A stretch of 64,000 nucleotides of DNA from Flavobacteriaceae bacterium (GTDB lineage: Bacteria > Bacteroidota > Bacteroidia > Flavobacteriales > Flavobacteriaceae), in assembly GCA_965247735.1 (NCBI GenBank), contig CBDFHN010000002.1, positions 2,463,005 to 2,527,004 on the forward strand, read 5' to 3'. The notes below the pieces were generated by a model. It did not search any database and was not told where the DNA came from. It worked only from the letters and a program-made list of their open reading frames with translations. Position numbers and translations under genes: made by a program. The stretch's first letter is position 1, and every line of letters begins with the position of its first letter. Shown one piece after another: positions 52,222-63,200 of this stretch.

Positions 52222-53184
52222 ATGGATAACATCACACAAATAAGTGCAGCTTTCATTGAAAAAAACACCAATTTCCCGGAACTAATCGCCGAACTTAAGC
52301 AAAACTTCGCTTCCAATGAAGTACTAGTACCTATGCGCCATCATCACGACTTTCCAAATCCTGAGGCGCAAGCTGACTCTACTTTGTTATTAATGCCAGC
52401 ATGGAATCCTAGTAAAAATGCTGGAGTAAAAATTGTAACAGTAAGTCCAGAAAATGCACAATTTGATATGCCATCCATTCAAGGCACCTATATCTATTTT
52501 GATGCCATAAAAGGAACTATCAAAGCCATATTAGAAGCCAAAAGCCTAACTGTAAAAAGAACAGCTGCCGCTTCCGCCCTTGCCTCTTCATTTTTATCAC
52601 GTGAAGACGCTGACTCCTTATTAATGATAGGTACTGGAGCACTATCTAGCAACCTTATTAAGGCTCATACAAGTGTACGCCCTATCAAAAATGTATATAT
52701 CTGGGGACGGAATTATAAAAAAGCAAAAGCAATTTCCAATCAATTAAAAAATGAACAATTTAGCTGCACCCCAATTGAAACCATCGCAGAAAAAATAAGC
52801 GAAGTCGCTATTGTGTCCTGTGCAACACTTTCTAAAATCCCTTTGGTATTAGGCAAATACTTAAGCGATGGTCAGCATATAGATTTGGTAGGTGCTTATA
52901 AAAAAGATATGCGAGAATCCGATGATGAAGCCATCACTAAAGCAACTGTTTTTGTAGATACTTTTCAAGGTGGTCTTAAAGAAAGTGGAGATATTGTTAT
53001 TCCACTTTCAAAAGGCATCCTCAAAGAAGAGGATATTAAAGCCGATTTATTCTCCTTATCTTCCAATAAGGAAACAGGAAGAACAAACAGCAAACAAATT
53101 ACTCTTTTTAAATCTGTAGGGCATGCCTTAGAAGATCTAACTGCAGCTACTTATTATTACAATAAACACAACAACAATGGCTAA
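52222..53184 (+). CDS. Ornithine cyclodeaminase/mu-crystallin family protein, probably delta1-pyrroline-2-carboxylate reductase
   Basis: Rossmann motif LLMIGTGALS. OCD-family length. Paired with a proline-racemase-family gene. Confidence 0.8.
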   Translation: MDNITQISAAFIEKNTNFPELIAELKQNFASNEVLVPMRHHHDFPNPEAQADSTLLLMPAWNPSKNAGVKIVTVSPENAQFDMPSIQGTYIYFDAIKGTIKAILEAKSLTVKRTAAASALASSFLSREDADSLLMIGTGALSSNLIKAHTSVRPIKNVYIWGRNYKKAKAISNQLKNEQFSCTPIETIAEKISEVAIVSCATLSKIPLVLGKYLSDGQHIDLVGAYKKDMRESDDEAITKATVFVDTFQGGLKESGDIVIPLSKGILKEEDIKADLFSLSSNKETGRTNSKQITLFKSVGHALEDLTAATYYYNKHNNNG

Positions 53185-54244
53185 TACATATAACAACATT
53201 CTTAACAACAGCTCTTTTACACCAAACAAAGAATGCTTGCAAATAAAAACTATTGACATGCATACTGGCGGCGAACCACTACGTGTTATTATTGATGGTT
53301 TTCCTGAATTAAAAGGAGATTCTGTTTTAGAATACCGTAGGTATTGTAAAGACAATTTTGACCACCTACGTACTGCACTCATGTTTGAGCCTCGTGGTCA
53401 TGCAGATATGTATGGATGTATCCTATTACCTCCTAATGATGATGAAGGTGATTTTGGAATTATTTTTTTACATAATGAAGGTTATTCTACCATGTGTGGT
53501 CATGCCATTATCGCCATTTCTACTTTGGCAGTTGAAATGAATTGGATTGCGGTAAATGAAGGTGACAATATTATAAAAATTGATGCTCCTTGTGGCAGAA
53601 TTACCTCTTTTGCAAATGTAAAAGATGGTAAAGTTACTGGAGTTCGTTTTCATTGCGTGCCTAGTTTTGTTGTTGGACTGGACAGAACGGTACATGTAGA
53701 CGGATTGGGAATGGTAACCTATGATCTTGCCTATGGTGGCGCTTTTTATGCCTATGTGGATCTTGCAAAAAACAACTTTGATTTTGATTTAAGTACTGGC
53801 TCATATCGCCAACTCATTACAAAAGGAATGGATATAAAACATGCAGTAATAGATGCTGACAAAGAAATAACTCATCCATTTGAAGATGACTTAAGTTTTC
53901 TATACGGTACCATATTTATTGACAACAATAAACAACCGTCTGGTGTGGACAGCAGAAATGTATGTATGTTTGCCGAAGGTGAAATAGATCGTTGCCCAAC
54001 AGGATCTGGAGTTTCTGGACGTATGGCTATACACAAGGCTAGAAACGAAATTAACTATGGCGAAACAATGACCATAGAAAGCATTACCGATTCTGTTTTT
54101 AAAGGATCTGTAATTTCTGAAGAAAAATATGGTCCATTTACTGCTGTTATTCCGCAAGTAGAAGGAACCGCATATATCACAGGGACACAAACTTTTATTA
54201 TAGATCCTAATGACCCTATGAAAGATGGTTTTATTTTGAGATAG
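53177..54244 (+). CDS. Proline racemase-family enzyme of the Cys/Thr type, probably trans-3-hydroxy-L-proline dehydratase
   Basis: First catalytic motif STMCGHA (Cys). Second motif DRCPTGSG has Thr where racemases/epimerases have Cys. Confidence 0.75.
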   Translation: MANTYNNILNNSSFTPNKECLQIKTIDMHTGGEPLRVIIDGFPELKGDSVLEYRRYCKDNFDHLRTALMFEPRGHADMYGCILLPPNDDEGDFGIIFLHNEGYSTMCGHAIIAISTLAVEMNWIAVNEGDNIIKIDAPCGRITSFANVKDGKVTGVRFHCVPSFVVGLDRTVHVDGLGMVTYDLAYGGAFYAYVDLAKNNFDFDLSTGSYRQLITKGMDIKHAVIDADKEITHPFEDDLSFLYGTIFIDNNKQPSGVDSRNVCMFAEGEIDRCPTGSGVSGRMAIHKARNEINYGETMTIESITDSVFKGSVISEEKYGPFTAVIPQVEGTAYITGTQTFIIDPNDPMKDGFILR

Positions 54245-54259
54245 TCTTTTACTTCTTAC

Positions 54260-55304
54260 TCTTTATTCTCATAATCTAGTAGTAAACCTTCTGAAATCCA
54301 TTTGGCAAGTGCATCCCTATTTTCAGGATCTAAAATACGTTTTTGATCTTTTTTATTTCTAATATTTCCTATTTCAATATAGGTCATCACCGGATATGTA
54401 TTATCAATAACATATAAACTTCTATCCGAAATTGCCCTGAATATTCACGATTAGGTTGGTGTTTTTTGTATTTCTTTAAAAACGTTGTATGAATACTTTC
54501 TGCCAGCAGTTTTCCTTTTTTACTTTTTTTATGATGGTAAAAAAACACATCTATATTTTTACTTTTACTACGACTATCAATATGAGTTACGATTAAACGT
54601 TGGTACTGTCCTTTATGTTTTAGATATAATCCATTCACTGCTAATGTCCGTTGTTTTAACCGCCCTAATTGACTTAAAGGCAATTCATCTTCTGGGTAAC
54701 ACAACTCATCTCTATCTACAGCTAATATCCGTTCTGAACGGATACCATCATCCTCATCTTTAATAATCAAATAGACCAATGCACCATGAGCAACCAATTC
54801 TCTTGCCAAACGTAATGTAATATCATAGGCATATTCATCTTCAGCAAGCACTACTCCATCGGAATCTTCAACTGCACCTGGATCTGGACCACCATGTCCT
54901 GAAACCAAGTAGTACACTGTTCCTGCTAATCGCTTGCTCTTTCGTAAAACTTTTGCATGCTCTTTTCCAAAAATAGGATATTCATCTTTTAAATAATCTA
55001 GTAACTCATCAGGTTTTTGGATTGAATCTATAGCTGAAACTATCATTACACTATCTTTTACCAAAGTAGGAATCAAATAAGATTTCCCCTGATATAACCC
55101 AATACTATCTTTAAGGTTTTCCTTATTCAGTTCAATAAAAGCTTTGTAATATTTTATAGGATCTAAGCCTTGCTTTCGTAGTAGCCCATAGATTCCATCT
55201 CCTTTTGTTGCAATAACCGTCTGCAAACTATCTTGTGCGCTGCTTTTTTCGCAAAAAACAAACAAAATTAACACAAACACTAAAAACCTATTACTATACA
55301 ACAT
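54260..55304 (-). pseudogene. N-acetylmuramoyl-L-alanine amidase (Amidase_3 family) carrying a 1-nt frameshift near 54430
   Basis: The track ORF 54387..55304 ends abnormally (..YSGQFRIEVYMLLIIHIR). The genuine amidase C-terminus (ISDRSLYVIDNTYPVMTYIEIGNIRNKKDQKRILDPENRDALAKWISEGLLLDYENKE, stop at 54257..54259) is encoded in another frame directly downstream. Confidence 0.6.
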
Positions 55305-55533
55305 TTCAACTGTTTAGCACAATATTACAAAAACAGCGATTATATCCAAAACAAAAAAGGATACTCTGTAAGCATCCTCTTTCCAATTATTTAATATCAT
55401 ATGGATTATTTCACAATAATTTTCCTCACCTGGCTTCCTTTTGGCGTTTCTAATACCAGAAAATACAATCCTGCTGCCAATGATGGGATCTCATAATTAG
55501 TGCCTGAACGGAAATTGATAAATTTCAATTAAT

Positions 55534-57903
55534 TCAAAAAAAAGATTGGCTGTGATATAGTTCAGCAAATTCAATTTCTAAATAATTATAAATTTCCAAT
55601 TCTGGTTTTTTCTCTTCTAGCATTTTAAAAATGGTAGAAATATGTTCGTCTTTAAAATTGGCTAAAACACCCGTTTCTGCTTTTAAATCATCATAATGCA
55701 GGTCTTTTAATTGTGATATCATCCAATTATGTGCTTTAAAAGCTTTTTCTTTTAAGGCTAGGTTTTCTTTATCTCTTTTATTTTTAGTTGTATTGTATCT
55801 TGCTTGCGCACTGGTATATTCTTTTTCTGTTCTGGTATTTAGTCTAATGGCATCTGCATATAATTTTTTAAGACTTCTAAAAGAAGTGATATAGTAGGTT
55901 TCTAAAAACTGTTGATGACTATAAAGGTATTTTAAATAGGAAATAGCAGCATCTTTATATTTTTGATTTGATACATCTTCTTTTTCTAATAAGATAATCT
56001 CTAATTCATTTAACCTTTGATGTATCCCTTCAATTTTCAACAATTCTTTAAAAATTTGAAGATTAGAAACAGCAAGTACTTCTGGACTGATGCTACTAGG
56101 TTCTCCCTCAAAAACATGTGTTTTATAAGAGAAATTAAAAACCTTAGGTTCTTTTATCTTTTCACGTTTAGGGAATTTTCGTTTTACCGATAAATCAAAA
56201 GCATAATTGTATCCAAAAGTAATGGTAAGTTCTTGGGAATTACTATCGGGGTTGGATTTGAATAACTGTATAGCATTAAGGTTAAAATTGTGTTTTTCTT
56301 TATAAATATAAGAGGCATTGGCTCTAATATTAGTAGTTGCATTTATACTGGTTTTATTGGTGCTACTATTGTATGATGACCCTAATGTAGTATTTAACTT
56401 ATTGTCTAAAAACTTTTTACTAATATTTAATGTTGGACCCCAAGTAGTAGATTCTTCTCTACCAATGGTATTATAAGTACCATTAATAGCTGTAGTAATA
56501 TTCATCTTCTTTTTTGGGAAACCAATAGTATAGGCAATATTAGAATTATGAAAAGTAGAACCATCACCAATTCTTACAATTCCTCCTTGTTCGTTAGCGG
56601 CAGTGGCTAATGCATAGTTAAAATTAATATTCTGACTTTTGGTTTCTGAATTTGACATTGCATAATTAATCCCTAGATTGGCATTTTGGGAGAGTTGTCT
56701 ATAATCAAATTGATCTGCCTGATTGTCTAATAGATTGTCATCATTTATAAGATCAAACTGGTTGAGTTTGGTATTGGTAAAGGTGGTAAAATTAGAATAA
56801 GCAGCAGTAATATTTATCTTTTTACTAGCAGCATAAGTAGCATTAACACTACCAACAGTTCTACTGGTAGCACTTTCTTTTTGGTTTTCTAAATCGTCAC
56901 GTTGGTATCCAATATTAAAGGCTAGGTTAATTTTGTTTTTTAGTAATGAGGTATTCAGTTTTAAGGTGATGTTTTCAAAATCGTTATTAAAATAATAAGC
57001 ACCTAGTGTTTGGTATCCAGGGTCTATACGTTCATATCCAAGTCCAAAACTGGCTGCCTCAAAACTATATTCTAATTCCGTTTTTATGGCTTTGTAGTAT
57101 TCTGTTGAAGCTGTATTGTTAAAAAGTAGGCTTGCTAAACCACTGCCATTTGCTGATTCTTCTGCTCTTAGGTCTTGAGTGATAGCAGTAGAAGCATATT
57201 CTGCTTTAAATTGCAGGTCTTTTATGATTTTTAGGGAAACTTCTGCACTGAGCACTAAATTTTCTTTGGGAAGAACATTCCGCTCTTCTGGTACCAACAG
57301 AATAGAATTTAACTCGTCTTTTGCATAAAAAGCAATAAGGCTTAGGTTATATTTTTTTTGTTGGAATCCTATTTTGGCTCCATATCCCATTCGTTTAAAG
57401 GCAGGTTGTGTTTGTGCATTGCCATCATCTTCCGTGGCTTTTAGTAGCCGTCCATACATGGCACTAAATTTAAGTGGCCCTTTTGGTGTTAGGTCTATAC
57501 CTCCTCCAGTAAATTGATGTCCACTAAGGGTATATGGAGAAAAACTCATATTTATATCTCCAATATGTGCTTGTATCCATTTGTATTTTGGATGCAGGCT
57601 TAGCCTGTTAAAACTAAAAGGCAATTGGTACCCTAAATCCGAACCTAAATTAGAATAGCTATAATTTACAGGAATAGAAAACTCATAAAGACTAAAATTT
57701 AAATTCCCTTGTAAAAAATAAGTAAAAGGATCTCTGGCATTATTTTGATCCGAAGAATAAAATACAGAATTTGCAGCTACACTACCACTAACCTTAAATG
57801 GTTTTCCCTTACCAATATTCCCGAAATCTATATTTTGGGAACTTACCATGCTTGCCGTTAGGCACAGGAATAGTATGAGTTGTATGTTGTGTAGGTATTT
57901 CAA
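55534..57903 (-). CDS. Hypothetical outer-membrane protein (probable large beta-barrel, N/S/T/Y-rich) with a C-terminal helical domain
   Basis: Signal peptide. ~550 aa of alternating beta-strand-like N/T/S/Y-rich sequence. The last ~200 aa are helical and charged. Confidence 0.4.
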   Translation of the reverse strand: MKYLHNIQLILFLCLTASMVSSQNIDFGNIGKGKPFKVSGSVAANSVFYSSDQNNARDPFTYFLQGNLNFSLYEFSIPVNYSYSNLGSDLGYQLPFSFNRLSLHPKYKWIQAHIGDINMSFSPYTLSGHQFTGGGIDLTPKGPLKFSAMYGRLLKATEDDGNAQTQPAFKRMGYGAKIGFQQKKYNLSLIAFYAKDELNSILLVPEERNVLPKENLVLSAEVSLKIIKDLQFKAEYASTAITQDLRAEESANGSGLASLLFNNTASTEYYKAIKTELEYSFEAASFGLGYERIDPGYQTLGAYYFNNDFENITLKLNTSLLKNKINLAFNIGYQRDDLENQKESATSRTVGSVNATYAASKKINITAAYSNFTTFTNTKLNQFDLINDDNLLDNQADQFDYRQLSQNANLGINYAMSNSETKSQNINFNYALATAANEQGGIVRIGDGSTFHNSNIAYTIGFPKKKMNITTAINGTYNTIGREESTTWGPTLNISKKFLDNKLNTTLGSSYNSSTNKTSINATTNIRANASYIYKEKHNFNLNAIQLFKSNPDSNSQELTITFGYNYAFDLSVKRKFPKREKIKEPKVFNFSYKTHVFEGEPSSISPEVLAVSNLQIFKELLKIEGIHQRLNELEIILLEKEDVSNQKYKDAAISYLKYLYSHQQFLETYYITSFRSLKKLYADAIRLNTRTEKEYTSAQARYNTTKNKRDKENLALKEKAFKAHNWMISQLKDLHYDDLKAETGVLANFKDEHISTIFKMLEEKKPELEIYNYLEIEFAELYHSQSFF

Positions 57904-58079
57904 GCTTTTAATCTCTTATTTTTTGTTTTTTAATATGTTGGGCAAAGTATCCTGACGTTGAGCCTTATTCTTTTCTGATACTATTATTGCTGTTTTTTAT
58001 TTTTGTTTTTTCTTACGTTTTTCGAGCTCGCTTTCGTTTGATTTGATTACTAAGTTGGGAGATTTTGGTGAGCAGGGCG

Positions 58080-58445
58080 TTATTTTTTAATCCTTTTCAA
58101 ATACTCTTCTTTACTCCAATCTGCTCCTGTACCCCAATATTTAGATATTACTTTTTTCATTATATCATCTATATTTGGTTCCTTTTCCTTAACGGATCTA
58201 TACCAGTCTAGGCTATATATAGAATATGGATCATCCCCATCTTCTTCCAACCACCTCATATTACGGTGTAATGTAGACCCCCAAAATTTAACTTTTTTTT
58301 CAAAACTATAATTTGGATATTCTACTTGTTTGAAACGAAGTTCCTCTTTGAAATTCTCTCCTCGTTCAAACTCCATTAATTTATCGATCTCTTCATCAGT
58401 CATTTTTGAAAACTCATCTTGGGTATAGTCTTTTAACCTTTTCAC
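58080..58445 (-). CDS. Small acidic cytoplasmic protein. Candidate immunity/antitoxin partner of the upstream ADP-ribosyltransferase-like protein.
   Basis: 121 aa, D/E-rich, no signal peptide. 6 nt downstream of the ADP-ribosyltransferase-like gene. Confidence 0.3.
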   Translation of the reverse strand: MKRLKDYTQDEFSKMTDEEIDKLMEFERGENFKEELRFKQVEYPNYSFEKKVKFWGSTLHRNMRWLEEDGDDPYSIYSLDWYRSVKEKEPNIDDIMKKVISKYWGTGADWSKEEYLKRIKK

Positions 58446-58451
58446 AATTTG

Positions 58452-59420
58452 TTATTTTATTTGAATTAACTCAATAATAGGCTTCCCTGTTGAAACATCT
58501 ATTTTATGATTTGACTTTACTTTAAATTCACTCCCAGATTTAATGAGAAGCTCAGAACGTGGGTAATCTCTAAATTTAATTCCATCTGCGAAATCAGAAA
58601 TATCCTTAGCATCTAAATGTCTAATTTCAAATATCACATCAGCTTTATCTATAAAAGAAGCTTTATGACTACTTCCGCAAGACGTAAAAGCACTCCAAGT
58701 ATGCTTTGTACCTGGAATATACTCATTCAAATACTTTGAAACATCTCCGCTTCTTCCAATCCCTCTATAAATAATAGGTTGTCTAAAATTATCCATTTTA
58801 CTCAAAGTAGAATTTAATAATTCTTTTATACTTTTTGTTTTAGAAACATTGGTAGCTTCTCTAAGCCAAAGATTCAGATTCTTGTAAAAAATATTAGTCG
58901 TATATCCCCAAAGTAAATTTACATCTGTTTTATTAAGTTGAGGATATTTCTTCATTAAGCCCCCAACTTCATTAAAAAATCTAAAATCATTGTCATTGTG
59001 ATACTTAGCGAAGCTCTCTAATATTTTATCTTCTGTAAAATCCATTTTCTTAAGAGCATTCACAAAATCCGTTGGAAGTTCTTGTTTTGCAATGTCTTTC
59101 GTTACTTCCTTAAAAACTCTCCCTCCATTAGCCAACTTCCAAGCCTGATACCCTCCTTTGAAATCTTCAATTTCTCCAATATTGTCAGCTACATTTTTTA
59201 GCTTCTCTAAAGAGAGATTAGCACTAGCTTCACCTGCTTCATAAAGCACATCCCATGCTTGTTTAGAAACTTTGGTGTTTGCCTGCAAGTATTCTTCTAA
59301 TTCTCCCCCTGACTCAGCTATATACTTTATGTAATCAGATGTAGAACACTGCCCAATAGCTGCCTGAAGCGCAAAAATACTTAGTAGTACTACTATTGCA
59401 TATTTTTTAATTATACTCAT
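58452..59420 (-). CDS. Secreted protein with a C-terminal C3/iota/Vip2-like ADP-ribosyltransferase fold
   Basis: Signal peptide (MSIIKKYAIVVLLSIFALQAAIG). Aromatic-Arg motif IIYRG. STS-like FTSCGSS ~30 aa later. ARTT-loop-like region DYPRSELLIKSGSEFKVK paralleling iota EYEVLLNHGSKFKI and C3 QLEMLLPRHSTYHI. The first ARTT position is R instead of Q/E. Confidence 0.55.
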   Translation of the reverse strand: MSIIKKYAIVVLLSIFALQAAIGQCSTSDYIKYIAESGGELEEYLQANTKVSKQAWDVLYEAGEASANLSLEKLKNVADNIGEIEDFKGGYQAWKLANGGRVFKEVTKDIAKQELPTDFVNALKKMDFTEDKILESFAKYHNDNDFRFFNEVGGLMKKYPQLNKTDVNLLWGYTTNIFYKNLNLWLREATNVSKTKSIKELLNSTLSKMDNFRQPIIYRGIGRSGDVSKYLNEYIPGTKHTWSAFTSCGSSHKASFIDKADVIFEIRHLDAKDISDFADGIKFRDYPRSELLIKSGSEFKVKSNHKIDVSTGKPIIELIQIK

Positions 59421-60229
59421 AAGTCACTACTTTTTCTTTTTATAGTTACATTTTCTAAAGAACAAAAATTGGTATCTACAGATAGGTCAACTATTCTATA
59501 TTTTTCTTCTAATAAATCTACTATGTCTTCGTAATAAATAACTTCTCCATCAAACAAAATACCATGCTTGCTTACGCTTTCTTTTTCATCCCAAATATCA
59601 AACTCAAGCGTACCTCCATAACTAACACACAACTTTTTTAAATCTCTTAAAAAGCTATTAAACCGTGGTGCATTTAAATACGCTAGTTCTGAATTATCTA
59701 TACTATTATTATCAAAATCATTCCAAACTTTTCTATTGCTTAAAGAAGGGAATAATGCGTCGTTTTGGATACTTATATATATTGCACCAATATCATCGTA
59801 ATGGCTAAAATTTATTGGACCCTCGAAAGTTTTTCCCACGGACAAACCTATTTCGTCCAAAAAAACAAGTTCATTTACATCTAATACTTCTTTCTTTACA
59901 ATTTCTCCATCAATTTTTACAAAAAGAGCAATTGGAAGAATTATATTATTCACAACATATATCCAGTTCAAATGTGTACTTCTATGTTCATCACATATAC
60001 TTAAATAATATTCGTATAAATTTTCTATATCTAATTCTTCTTTTAATAGATCGACCGTGGGCACTAATATTTGATATTTTCTTGTTAACGAAAGGTATTT
60101 ATAAAAGAAACCTTCGCTGTCTTTTTCCATACCTTTTTTTAGCCCTTCAAAATACCAATAGGCAACATCCCATTCGTCATGGTAATACCAATAATCGCTA
60201 CTGTTTTTTACTTTTAAATCTACAGACAT
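59417..60229 (-). CDS. Hypothetical acidic cytoplasmic protein (270 aa), translationally coupled between the large HExxH protein and the ADP-ribosyltransferase-like gene. Candidate immunity/accessory protein.
   Basis: Overlaps the upstream gene by 10 nt and the downstream gene by 4 nt (ATGA). No signal peptide. D/E/Y-rich. Confidence 0.3.
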   Translation of the reverse strand: MSVDLKVKNSSDYWYYHDEWDVAYWYFEGLKKGMEKDSEGFFYKYLSLTRKYQILVPTVDLLKEELDIENLYEYYLSICDEHRSTHLNWIYVVNNIILPIALFVKIDGEIVKKEVLDVNELVFLDEIGLSVGKTFEGPINFSHYDDIGAIYISIQNDALFPSLSNRKVWNDFDNNSIDNSELAYLNAPRFNSFLRDLKKLCVSYGGTLEFDIWDEKESVSKHGILFDGEVIYYEDIVDLLEEKYRIVDLSVDTNFCSLENVTIKRKSSDL

Positions 60230-63200
60230 AATGGTTGTGTTGGGAAAGATTTTCTATATAATTGCCATGCTGAAAGCCCTTTAGGGTTATTAACTATTTT
60301 TCTAAGACTTGCGCTATTCTCTATATCTTCACTTAACTTTGTTAAAACAGCCCCATCTAGTCCATATAATTTTTCTAAATAACTTTGTTTCAAATCACTT
60401 TCTTTTATCCACTTCTTTAGTATATCTGCATTTTTCTTTTTAATTAATTTCTCTAATGGGTGCAGCCAATCTTCTGCTTTAATTATAATTCTTCCTTTAT
60501 TGTTAATCACGTGAAATTCTTTTAGAATAGATAAATCTCTTGTATATCTATAAACTAAATTACTCGTTTCCATTTTTGAAAAATAATCCTTCATTTGATC
60601 CACAATCTGCTGTTTGTCAAGATTTTTAAACGGCACATCTCCATCTATTCTAATTTGCCCAATAGATATGGGATATTGCTGTTTCGCCTCAGCGGTAAGC
60701 TTCCCTTCATCAATAAATTTTTGATAAATCTTTCCTATTCTCTGATACATAGTTTTCTCGCTATCTGAATGTACTCTCTTACACTCTACAATTATTCTTT
60801 CTTCTTTAAGAAGTACATCAATTTCATTAGTATCTTTATTAAGTTTCTTAGAAATATTCACCTTTTTCCCTGATTTTAAATAATGAATTCCTTCTTCTAT
60901 TTCGTTTATTAAATCGTAAGCTGCTTCTTTCTTAAGGACTCCTTTTTTACTACCATAATCAATAATCGAGGTATTTAACCAATCGTTTACATTCTTAGGG
61001 TTTTCAAAATTATCGTATGAAAGCAGTCTATCCAAAATATCAGACATTTTTTTGTTTCCTAATCCTTTATTAATGTCATCAACTTTAATAAGGATATCAT
61101 TAATATGTGGAACTTTTAAATCTGCAAGTTTTTTTCTTAAAATAGGAAATAAATCATCGGAAACTTTATTAATTCCATCAGTAACTTTTTCTAATGCTTT
61201 TTTAAGAGTATTAGTATCAATATTTGCTCCGTCAAAATCTTTTATATCTCTAACCAATAACTCAATAGTTCCATTAATTTCCTTTTCGTTTAATTTTGCT
61301 ATTGTACTCGCATTTTTTGGATCATTTATATAGGCTGCTAATGCTTTGGTTCTTTCTACAACATTGGCATCAGTATCAATAATATCGGTTATTTTTTTCG
61401 TTTTGATTTTGGCTCCAGCAAAAATGCTAACGGCAGAAGTAGCTCCAGCTGCAGCACTTAACATGTTTAGATAAGCACTTACCTCAGGATGATCTTCTCT
61501 TGTAGCAGTACCAACTATACTACTAATAGAACTTACTTTATCCGCATAATACAAAAACTTCCCAAAACTATTCAATGAGCTTGTTCCTCCAGAGCCAATT
61601 AAGGTAGCTATATCAATTGTGGTTACAATAATATCTTCCTGTGTCTGTAAACGATCTACTTCACTTGCATAATAAACAGCTAAAGCAGGTAAGAACTGAG
61701 GAATATGTTTTCCTTTTGAGTCTGTTAGGACATAATCTTTTAAAAGGCGACTTTTGGAAAGATTAAGAAAAGAAACCATTTTAAACGGATCTAATGTTTC
61801 TGTTTTTTGAAAATCACCAGGTAAAAGTCCTCTTTTAATTATTTGTTGAAGTACAATCTTATGATCTGCTATAGAAGCATCAACACTTTTATAATAGTCA
61901 TTACTTTCATAATTCATAAACAATGGATGTGCACCAATATCACTCCATGCTCTTCTTATTATATTTTGATAATCGTTTATATAAGTCCCTGTATGTTCAT
62001 GTAATTTTTCAAGCTGATCAAAAGTTAATGTTGTTTGAATATTATCTAACTCTTTTATCTTTTCTTTTAATTGCTCTTTAAATGTGTCTGAGTTAAGATA
62101 GATTTTGTTTATTGACCCAAATACACCTTGTTTATTGTTTTCTCCCCAGAAAACTACCTCATCCTGTATAACTTTAGCTAAAACTTCCCACAAAGGATAA
62201 ACCTGATCTTTTATCTTAGGCTCACGTGAATCTCTTTTAATTATATGTCCTTTAACAGTGATTTTCTCATTTATGAGATCGAATAAGGCCATGTTAGCAG
62301 CATTAGGGTTCTTTGCAATAGACTTAAGCAGCCTTGCTATCTCTATTTCTTCAGTATCTGATAAAACATCATCTTGAATTATTTTTATTATGGCATCAAT
62401 TTTTTTAGAAACTTCTAATGCATCAATTTCTTTGATACTTGCTCTTCTAATACATTCAAAAACTTCTTCTATAGTTTTTGAATTAAAATTACTTGATAAG
62501 CAATCCCTGTTATCTTTAGCCTTTTTTGTAATAAATACTAAAAGCTCTTTTAAAAATTGATTGTAAAAATCATACAACTCCTCACTGGGCTCATTTGAAA
62601 TATTATTTTTCCATTTTTGATATTCTGGGCTCTTAGAACGCATTATGTTTTTTTCGTCCCAATAACCTATAGTGAAATCATATCTATCGGGTAGTCCAAA
62701 ATCCCAATTATCAAAAAACTTTGTAAAATCAGTAAATATATGAGGATAACGATTATATATCTCAGCAATCTTAATAATTAAGAACACTTCTGGTTTCTCA
62801 TTATGTGAAACTATAACATTATTCCTATTTGAGTTTTCAAGCAAATTTTTAGTAACAGCAGCCCAATCTATATTATAATCTCCTCTAAGTAATGATAATT
62901 CTTTTTCTGAAACACTTAATTGAGAATTGCCTATTAATTTATCAACTCCACCAATTGGTTTTGAAGTCAAAACATCGCCATTTTCAAAAAAGGCTAATTC
63001 TTTAAATGTTTCTGATGTTATTTTTAAAATATTTTTGCTTCCGGAATATGAGCTTAACGCTTTTTTAAATTTATAATTTTTCCAGAATAATTGACTCTTC
63101 CCTCCATAAGGAAGCCCAATTACCACAGAATTATCATCTCCTTCTATTTTAATTTCTTGATACTGATACTCATCATAACCAGAAAAAACCTCTTTATCAA

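Noticed and set aside
53358-54190. Small ORFs on both strands within the proline-racemase-family gene
   Set aside because: Nested within a well-supported CDS. No independent evidence.
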